NCBI RefSeq assembly: GCF_003231495.1
Contig: NZ_PQWO01000014.1
Location: 132,550 to 164,549 of the forward strand
Source: Acaryochloris thomasi RCC1774
GTDB lineage: Bacteria > Cyanobacteriota > Cyanobacteriia > Thermosynechococcales > Thermosynechococcaceae
Reading direction: 5' to 3'
Length of the DNA stretch: 32,000 nucleotides
Numbering within the stretch: the stretch's first letter is position 1; every line of letters starts with the position of its first letter. The notes beneath the pieces are model-generated. The model had not been told where the DNA came from. It saw only the letters and a list, made by a program, of their open reading frames with translations, and searched no databases. A program made the position numbers and the translations under genes. Below are positions 26,042 through 32,000 of this stretch, one piece after another.

Positions 26042-26206
26042 TCATTGTCTTCCTGTGCTGGGGTTGCCGATTCTCTCTCGCTGGATTCTCAGATCTGAGT
26101 AGAGTTGCTCGTAGATACGATCGCACAATTGCTCAGCCAGCACCGCTTCATTCAGACAGCGTTCAGCCAACTGCGCTAGACGTTCGTGCTTGATAGACTC
26201 TTTCAT
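26042..26206 (-). CDS. unlisted 54-aa ORF, paralogous to the repeat unit of the 136-aa protein
   Basis: My own translation is MKESIKHERLAQLAERCLNEAVLAEQLCDRIYEQLYSDLRIQRERIGNPSTGRQ*. A strong RBS (CCAGGAGGCTGT) precedes ATG 26206. The stop TGA (26042-26044) ends 1 nt before the tube ATG. AEQLCDRIYEQLYSDLRIQRERIG aligns with FAQLTQEMAYQLYRRLEIEQERHG of the 136-aa protein. Confidence 0.6.
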   Translation of the reverse strand: MKESIKHERLAQLAERCLNEAVLAEQLCDRIYEQLYSDLRIQRERIGNPSTGRQ

Positions 26207-26268
26207 ACAGCCTCCTGGTAGCAGAATGACGGGGTTCTGCAGTGCATAAGGGTATGCTAGAGCGGCTT

Positions 26269-26312
26269 AAAAAGAACGAGAATAGCCTAAGGTCGCATTG
26301 TGACGCTTAGGG
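26269..26312 (-). terminator. weak hairpin plus U-rich tract just after the kinase stop
   Basis: The stem is CCTAAG(G)GTC / GAC-g-CTTAGG (26286-26311; 9 bp with one bulge, 7-nt loop). It is followed on the minus strand, after about 9 nt, by TTCTTTTT. Only a weak intrinsic-terminator candidate. Confidence 0.25.
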
Positions 26313-26315
26313 CAC

Positions 26316-28487
26316 TCAATACTTTTCCCAACTGCGGATCAGCTTTTGTGCCTTGGGATAAGACGGGCTCGGTTCTTGGATTTGCTTGAGGGTTGCGATC
26401 GCATCTCGAAACTTGCCATTTCTGGCCAATTCTTTGGCAAGGGATAGACGACACCGATCAAGTTCCTGTTGAGATTTTTGATACTGCTCTGTACTGGATT
26501 GAACATCATCGCCTCTAGAGTGGCTGACGTAACCTGACGGTTGTGTCCTCTCTGTTCCTACGGCAGACAGTTGCGGACGGGAACGCCACTTCCTGAAATC
26601 AATCATCCTGCGAAGAGACTGAAAGCATCGTCTGGGTAGACTGACGAAAAGCATGCTGACAGATCTCCGACTCCGCCAAACATTTCGCACAAGGGCTCGG
26701 CCCGGAACTTTATTTTTATTGCGTACAATTGCCAAATCTGCCTGCTGAATGTGCGGCGTATTCTGCTGGCACAGGGTTTGGTCCAGTGGTTGCTCATCCA
26801 TTGGATCGATAGTTTGGGCAACCGTTTGATCCGCTGGGTTGTGGATGGCTGAGTCTAAATACTGAACAATCGTCTCGTCAGCCCCCAAGCCAGGAGAAAT
26901 CTTACCCTCAATCCTTCTCCCCTTTTGACTATTAGGCATATTGCTCTCTAAAATCGTCTGGGCTACTGTCTGATCGATAGGGAAATGAGCGATCGGGCTT
27001 GAGGTTTGAACAATTGTCTCATCCACTCTCAGAACTTGTGCCGAATCATCATTTTGATCGGCTGGATTATGGATGGCTACATCTAAATATTGAACAATCG
27101 TCTCATCCACTCCTAAGTCTTGAGCATCTTCGATCTCAAGGCTGTCACTGACCTTTTTATGATTCTCCAGTACGCTGCTTTCTGAGTATATTTGGGTCAC
27201 TGTTTGATCGATTGGGGGAAAAGCGACTGAGTCTGAATATTGAACAATCGTTTCATCCACTCCTAAGTCTTGGGCAGCATTATCGCTATCGCTTAAGGTT
27301 GCGCTACGCTCTGACCAAGCACTCGGCAACACGACTTGGGTCAACGCTTGACCAGCAGGTGCGGGGCGCTCTGAAGCTTGGATCATAGTTTCGTCAAGCT
27401 CCAGAGCCTGCATTGTGTTTGAGCGATCGGGATGGTCAACTATCGTTGATGTCACCTGAGTTGATGCACCTTTGATTCGGGTATCCAAACTCCCTTGAAT
27501 GAAGGTCTGATCATAATTGTCCCCGTGATTATCACTTGCAGCATCCGGTGCTGGGTGAGCGCCAATCTCCACCTGCTCCAGTGCTTGTCGCAATGCGTTG
27601 ATAGAGGCGTAGCGATCGCACGGATTCTTTGCTAAACACCGATTGACAATCTCCGACAATGCAGCTGTGACCGGACTCTTCATCAACAACACCTGCAGTA
27701 AACGAGGTGCCCGAAACGCATGGGCATGAATCCAAGCCCCCTCTCTCACCAGCCGCGAATCTAAACCCAGACCAAAGGGGTCGGTTCCGCTGAGCATCTC
27801 GTAGAGAATGATGCCTAACACATAAACATCTGCAAGATGATTCTTCTCTTCTCCTTCTAGCTGCTCAGGAGCTGCATAGTGAAAAGTTTCCGGCAACAAT
27901 GTTTCAAAACTTGCACCTTGGGTTTCGCAACAAGAGCTGCGAATGTCTTTCGTAAGTCCGCAGTCCAGTAACTTGACCGGCCCGCTTCGCGTTAGAAAAA
28001 TTTGAGTAGGCTTCAGCTCGTGGGGCACAATTACAAACGGTTCATCACTCTCGAACAAACTCGCAAATTTGCTTTGGTAAGACATTTCTAATGCCGCACA
28101 AATTTGACTAGTAATACCAACAGCCTGCTGGGGTGACAACTTCCCCTCTCTCTCAAGACACTGTTTGAGACTTTCTCCCTGCAAATATTCCATCACATAA
28201 AACGGGCAGCCACCTGCATTCGTTCCTGAGTCCAGCACTTGCGCAATGTATTCACCTCCGAGCGCTGCACACGACTTGACGGCCCTTTCAAACTGCTGGC
28301 AGGTCTCGGCATTTTCTATCAGAGGTTCTTTGAGCACCTTGATGACAACAGACCGATTCAATTGAGTATCCGTGGCTAGAAAAACCTGCCCAACGCCACC
28401 TGAATCAAGGACATGCTTAACGATGTAGCGGTCATCTGCACCCCATGGCTGAGCTTGGTGGGAGTTCTGGATAGGGGTAAGAGTCAT
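26316..28487 (-). CDS. Hanks-type Ser/Thr kinase homologue with degenerate catalytic motifs, a Thr-rich repeat array and a TPR-like C-terminus
   Basis: The kinase fold motifs are SGGVGQVF, VVIKVLK, YAAPEQ and LGIILYEMLSGTDPFG. However, HRDLKPxN reads PHELKPTQ and DFG reads DCG. The middle third carries 5-6 degenerate ~30-aa repeats. The C-terminus LAKELARNGKFRDAIATLKQI is TPR-like. No TM segment. Confidence 0.85.
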   Translation of the reverse strand: MTLTPIQNSHQAQPWGADDRYIVKHVLDSGGVGQVFLATDTQLNRSVVIKVLKEPLIENAETCQQFERAVKSCAALGGEYIAQVLDSGTNAGGCPFYVMEYLQGESLKQCLEREGKLSPQQAVGITSQICAALEMSYQSKFASLFESDEPFVIVPHELKPTQIFLTRSGPVKLLDCGLTKDIRSSCCETQGASFETLLPETFHYAAPEQLEGEEKNHLADVYVLGIILYEMLSGTDPFGLGLDSRLVREGAWIHAHAFRAPRLLQVLLMKSPVTAALSEIVNRCLAKNPCDRYASINALRQALEQVEIGAHPAPDAASDNHGDNYDQTFIQGSLDTRIKGASTQVTSTIVDHPDRSNTMQALELDETMIQASERPAPAGQALTQVVLPSAWSERSATLSDSDNAAQDLGVDETIVQYSDSVAFPPIDQTVTQIYSESSVLENHKKVSDSLEIEDAQDLGVDETIVQYLDVAIHNPADQNDDSAQVLRVDETIVQTSSPIAHFPIDQTVAQTILESNMPNSQKGRRIEGKISPGLGADETIVQYLDSAIHNPADQTVAQTIDPMDEQPLDQTLCQQNTPHIQQADLAIVRNKNKVPGRALVRNVWRSRRSVSMLFVSLPRRCFQSLRRMIDFRKWRSRPQLSAVGTERTQPSGYVSHSRGDDVQSSTEQYQKSQQELDRCRLSLAKELARNGKFRDAIATLKQIQEPSPSYPKAQKLIRSWEKY
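26772..27407 (-). repeat. in-frame degenerate tandem repeats encoding (L)G(V)DETIVQY.D......P.DQTV.Q units
   Basis: Repeated nucleotide blocks are visible at about 26851-26880, 27001-27030, 27081-27120, 27236-27270 and 27380-27400 (for example tgaacaatcgtctcatccac). In protein these are aa 361-572 of the kinase. Confidence 0.85.
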
Positions 28488-28588
28488 AAGCGTTACATCT
28501 TTCTAGACATTTCAGAGGCAACCACAATTCGGATCGCCTAACTTCATGCAAAGGGAGTTCATGGCAAAAGAGATCCGACTTCTGTCTA

Positions 28589-30070
28589 ATGCCTGAACCG
28601 TTCATCAGTTACACAATGAGCACAGCTACCGAATGCTGCCGTTCAGCGGCTAGAAACCCTCTATTGACGGTGCGAAAAGTGACTCATCCATCGATTTGTC
28701 AATCTAACCCTTTATTAGGTCGCTCTATTGGTGACCACCATCGATATCGCCTTGAAACCCAGCTTGGTAAAGGAGGGATGGGACACGTCTATCAAGCAAC
28801 GGATACTCGATTGGGCAAGACCGTTGCGGTTAAACTCCTTAATCCATCATTGAAGAGCGACCCCACAACGACCGAACTCGATTTCAAACGAAGATTTGAG
28901 CGAGAATGTGCCATCTGTGCTGCTCTTACAAATGAAAATATTGTCCAAGTCAGCGACTACGGCATGACCCCTGAAGGGCAGCCCTTCTATGTGATGGAGC
29001 ACCTTGAAGGACAAACCTTAGAGCAGGTTCTGAAGCAAGAGACCAAACTATCTGTAGAACGAACGAAGCAGATCATGAAGCAGGTCTGTGCAGGCTTGAG
29101 ATCGGCTCATGAAGGCGTACGATTCAAAACCCCACAGATGGAGACCGATGAATGCATCAAAATCATCCACCGCGATCTGAAGCCCGCCAATATTTTCTTA
29201 GTCCCCACTGAGCTAGGAGAGCGAGTAAAGGTCATCGACTTTGGTATTGCCAAGGTGCAGTCCTTAAATTTAGAGAATATGACCCTAGCAAGCTCTTTCT
29301 TGGGCACACATCACTATTCCGCTCCAGAACAGTTCGATAGCCAGGGCCAGCTTGACGAACGAGCAGATATCTACTGCTTAGGAATCATTCTGTATGAAAT
29401 GCTGACAGGTGCTGATCCCTTCGGTTTAAAGACTCGAGAGCAACGAGTCGCAGGCGAGTCTTGGATTAAAGCCCACTTACTCAAGCCAGCACAGCCACTG
29501 CGTTCTCAAGTAGGCTGTGAGCATCTACCGCCAGGACTTGAGCGCATTGTTGAGCGTTGCTTAGAGAAACACCCCGATCGGCGGTTCCCTTCAGTCAAAG
29601 CACTAGCCCAAGCACTAGATATTGAGCATGAGACTTTACCCAATAGCCTAGTAGCCACATCGAGGAAGAATCTAGCGGGTATGACTCAGACCTTAAGTGA
29701 AATTCCTGTTCATTTTCAACAGAGCGAATCACTTGCACAAGTGAGACAGTGGCTCCAAGCACATCTGAAACGCGCTGTCAGTCCTATCCAGAGCAAGGCA
29801 GGACGTGCTTCAAGTCATTCTCTAAACGATCTGTCTCTGTCTTCAAAATTATCAATTGTCAATTCACAACTCATTGAAAGATGCCGCACCGAGCTAGCTT
29901 TCCACATTGGCCCGATTGCGAGCTTGGTGATTGAGCAAGCACTCATCAACCGGCAATATCAACAGCCCAAAAAGTTCATTGAAGTTCTGTCTCATCATAT
30001 CCCCGACGATGATACGGCTACTCATTTTCGCCGAACACTGCTGTCTCCAACCCCCACTCAGTTAGGTTAA
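28589..30070 (+). CDS. Hanks-type Ser/Thr protein kinase (canonical catalytic motifs)
   Basis: Motifs are GKGGMGHVY, VAVKLL, IIHRDLKPANIFL, VIDFGIAK, YSAPEQ and LGIILYEMLTGADPFG. The ~120-aa C-terminal domain (ELAFHIGPIASLVIEQAL...) is non-catalytic. The gene is divergent from 26316-28487. The start could be ATG 28589 or ATG 28616. Confidence 0.9.
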   Translation: MPEPFISYTMSTATECCRSAARNPLLTVRKVTHPSICQSNPLLGRSIGDHHRYRLETQLGKGGMGHVYQATDTRLGKTVAVKLLNPSLKSDPTTTELDFKRRFERECAICAALTNENIVQVSDYGMTPEGQPFYVMEHLEGQTLEQVLKQETKLSVERTKQIMKQVCAGLRSAHEGVRFKTPQMETDECIKIIHRDLKPANIFLVPTELGERVKVIDFGIAKVQSLNLENMTLASSFLGTHHYSAPEQFDSQGQLDERADIYCLGIILYEMLTGADPFGLKTREQRVAGESWIKAHLLKPAQPLRSQVGCEHLPPGLERIVERCLEKHPDRRFPSVKALAQALDIEHETLPNSLVATSRKNLAGMTQTLSEIPVHFQQSESLAQVRQWLQAHLKRAVSPIQSKAGRASSHSLNDLSLSSKLSIVNSQLIERCRTELAFHIGPIASLVIEQALINRQYQQPKKFIEVLSHHIPDDDTATHFRRTLLSPTPTQLG

Positions 30071-30207
30071 TTCTAACCGATCTAACCCCAGAAAGATTGG
30101 AGATATTCGCATCACGCTAAAGAGCCAAAGGCTGCGGAAATACATATTGACTGCCATAAGTAAAGATTCAGAATAAACAACCCGTTGAAAGCATTAGGAG
30201 AATATTA

Positions 30208-30963
30208 ATGGGAAGTCCAATACAGTCTAAGACAATCACAATTGATCCTGCCTGTTGGCCTGACTCAAAACCTCCTAAGTATCCGCTACCAGCTCCGACT
30301 CAGCCGAAGCCAAAGCGGATGCAGCAGGTTAGCTCTAAAGAGCTAACCTTAGAAGCCCTACCTAGCTTCCCAAATTCACTATTCCATTTCAAATCATATG
30401 ATGGTGCGAAGGCTTTAACTGCTATTTTTCTTCTGCTTTCTTCAATCTATCTATTTACTGGTTTTGCAGGCTTTATCGTTGACCATACGGCCTGGCTGCA
30501 CGATCTTTTCTATCACCAGCCTCCACCGACTACAGCAGCCCATTCAATTTGGTGGAAGATGTGGAACCCAGTTGGGTCAACGTTGCACCATCTAGCCTCT
30601 TACGTTGATCTAGCTGTTCGGGGTTTCCTGTTCGTTTGCACGTACTGCTTAGCTTGGGCAACCTTTGACCCTCGGAATATTGAGGGCTATGTAATGGGCT
30701 GTTTCAACTCCTTGTTGGGGATGGTCTATCTGATTTCTCCTATCGATATGATCCCTGATTTTGTTCCAGTAGTAGGAGGTCTTGATGATACATTTATGGG
30801 CTTTGGAGTTCTCTTTTTAGGCTTGTCATCTATCTATAGAAATAAGTTTAGAGATGTAAAAACAAATACAATTCTAGAGCTAATTGATGATGGGAACAAT
30901 CAAAAAGCATTAAAAATGCTCCTTGAAGACAAAGGGATTTCTATCAATGAGAGGAGGCAGTAA
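30208..30963 (+). CDS. DUF1232 (YkvA-like) membrane protein with a Pro-rich N-terminus
   Basis: Contains the signature LISPIDMIPDFVPVVGGLDDT and several hydrophobic helices. TAGGAGAA lies 8 nt upstream of the ATG. Confidence 0.75.
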   Translation: MGSPIQSKTITIDPACWPDSKPPKYPLPAPTQPKPKRMQQVSSKELTLEALPSFPNSLFHFKSYDGAKALTAIFLLLSSIYLFTGFAGFIVDHTAWLHDLFYHQPPPTTAAHSIWWKMWNPVGSTLHHLASYVDLAVRGFLFVCTYCLAWATFDPRNIEGYVMGCFNSLLGMVYLISPIDMIPDFVPVVGGLDDTFMGFGVLFLGLSSIYRNKFRDVKTNTILELIDDGNNQKALKMLLEDKGISINERRQ

Positions 30964-31036
30964 TTTCTCCTAGCAGACTCATTTTCCGCTTCACTCCAAA
31001 GCAGACAAAAAATAATGACGTTTATACAACAAAAAA

Positions 31037-31522
31037 ATGCCTGACACTACTATCGATCACACCAAAACCTCTAATGATCAAGCTGCAGCACACACAGGCG
31101 ACAACATGAATATTCCCCAAAACCAAAATACAGCATCAATAGGAGACAGTATGAATACTTCCGAAAATCAATCTGTGGCATCAGCAGAGAATAGCATGGC
31201 TATTTCTGATCAATTCAAAAAACTGAAAGAGCTATTCCTACTTAAAGATACAGGAAAGACCTTCGCGAAGAGCTTGCAACTACTATTCTTCGTACTTAAG
31301 GAATCAACTATTTTGGTATGGCTTACACTTTGTTGGTGTGTTGTAGGTATAAGTCTAATCGGTAATAGCGTGACTCAGACAGCAAAGCGACTAAGTTGCT
31401 GGTGGAGTTCTTTATCAAGTCAGAAGAAGTCAAAAAAAGAAGTTTTGGCTACGACGATTCGGCATGCGATGAGTAGTCTAATCTCTAAGGCAAGAAAGCA
31501 GGTTGGGTTGCAGGTTGATTAA
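31037..31522 (+). CDS. hypothetical membrane protein with N-terminal (G)D.MN...NQ..AS triple repeat
   Basis: 161-aa ORF. Three ~14-aa units occur at aa 19-59 (GDNMNIPQNQNTAS / GDSMNTSENQSVAS / AENSMAISDQ). One or two TM helices are present (ILVWLTLCWCVVGISLIG). A strong terminator follows. Confidence 0.55.
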   Translation: MPDTTIDHTKTSNDQAAAHTGDNMNIPQNQNTASIGDSMNTSENQSVASAENSMAISDQFKKLKELFLLKDTGKTFAKSLQLLFFVLKESTILVWLTLCWCVVGISLIGNSVTQTAKRLSCWWSSLSSQKKSKKEVLATTIRHAMSSLISKARKQVGLQVD

Positions 31523-31561
31523 TATAGCCGTGTGAGGGATAAAAGCTGGTCCGCTTTTGAA

Positions 31562-31608
31562 AGAGTCATCTTATAGCTGAAAAACGGCTGTACGATGGCT
31601 CTTTTTAT
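31562..31608 (+). terminator. Rho-independent terminator
   Basis: agagtcatcttatagctg-aaaaa-cggctgtacgatggctct forms an ~18-bp stem (three G.U pairs, one mismatch) with a 5-nt loop. It runs directly into ttttt at 31602-31606, about 40 nt after the stop of 31037-31522. Confidence 0.65.
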
Positions 31609-31880
31609 CATCGATGTCTTTTCTGGGAATAAAAGAGGGAACAAAGTAAAACTCCTGCTCTTTTCAAGGAGTAGGAATCTCGCATAAGAAGCATTATGAG
31701 ATAGATTTTGCAATATTCACTATTCTTTGAATAGCGATCAAACCCTCATGGAGATAAACAGTCCCCTCAAAGCTGTAAGAGGTTATTTAAAGATTGCAAT
31801 CTAGTGTATATTCTCCTCCACAGCCTTATGAGCTTGAAGCAATTAACTGCTCTCTTCTATTACTTAAAAATTCGGTAGTC

Positions 31881-32000
31881 CTAAATAGGTAAGGATTGAT
31901 TGTAATGGTGAATAAAGTACCAAATAGCACCGATATGATTCTCTAGCTTTTTGGAGAATGACAGTGTCTTGCGCACCAATCTTGAGACGCGTTGGCGTAG
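31881..32000 (-). mobile_element. IS1-family transposase (InsB-like), 3' end; the gene continues beyond the window edge
   Basis: My own minus-strand translation is LRQRVSRLVRKTLSFSKKLENHIGAIWYFIHHYNQSLPI*. It parallels the IS1 InsB C-terminus (..[35 protein letters not shown]). Only 39 codons are visible. Confidence 0.6.

Noticed and set aside
17746-26206. The tail-like cluster as part of an ordinary prophage or tailocin
   Set aside because: The window has no capsid, portal, terminase, integrase, lysis, sheath or baseplate genes. The HIP1 sites inside the genes also argue against a recent phage.
26772-27407. Nucleotide tandem repeats as a CRISPR-like or VNTR array
   Set aside because: The repeats are degenerate, contiguous and maintain one long open frame inside the kinase gene. 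They are coding repeats, not a repeat-spacer array.
31519-31713. 64-aa minus-strand ORF after the last plus-strand gene
   Set aside because: It overlaps a strong plus-strand intrinsic terminator hairpin (31562-31608), lies in AT-rich DNA, and has no RBS or motif.

Overview
This is a cyanobacterial chromosomal window. The HIP1 octamer GCGATCGC occurs at least 17 times by eye, in genes and spacers across the whole window.

The left ~17 kb is mostly core functions:
- the sbtA-sbtB bicarbonate-uptake operon, with a candidate NdhR/CcmR box
- an RCK-domain K+ channel homologue
- a secreted MsrA
- a small accessory islet: an IS630-type transposase remnant plus a translationally coupled coiled-coil / unknown / HNH / zinc-ribbon cassette
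- a SAM methyltransferase and a GST
- plsX-fabH
- an SRPBCC protein
- an IS6-type transposase remnant
- phoH and the conserved ffh-rpsP-KH cluster
- a second methyltransferase and an epoxide-hydrolase-like alpha/beta hydrolase

The right ~15 kb is accessory and holds the main finding. It is a co-directional minus-strand cluster running from 28487 down to 17746, in this order:
- a degenerate Hanks-type kinase with a Thr-rich repeat array
- an unlisted 54-aa ORF
- a gp19/Afp1-type tail-tube protein
- a 136-aa protein with an internally duplicated motif
- a CIS tube-initiator-like protein
- a gp27/gp5-type (VgrG/Afp8-like) spike
- two paralogous single-pass membrane proteins (three beta-sandwich modules, a TM helix, then WD40 or Cys-paired Ig-like repeats)

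No sheath, baseplate wedge, PAAR, tail terminator or AAA+ ATPase gene is visible anywhere in the window. I flag the cluster as a candidate sheath-less, membrane-tethered tail-tube/spike module under Ser/Thr-kinase control. A split locus or an eCIS remnant are the alternative explanations.

A canonical kinase, a DUF1232 membrane protein, a repeat-containing membrane protein and the 3' end of an IS1-type transposase lie on the other side of the cluster. I recognised no rRNA, tRNA or CRISPR array. All homology statements come from motif recognition by eye, not from database searches.
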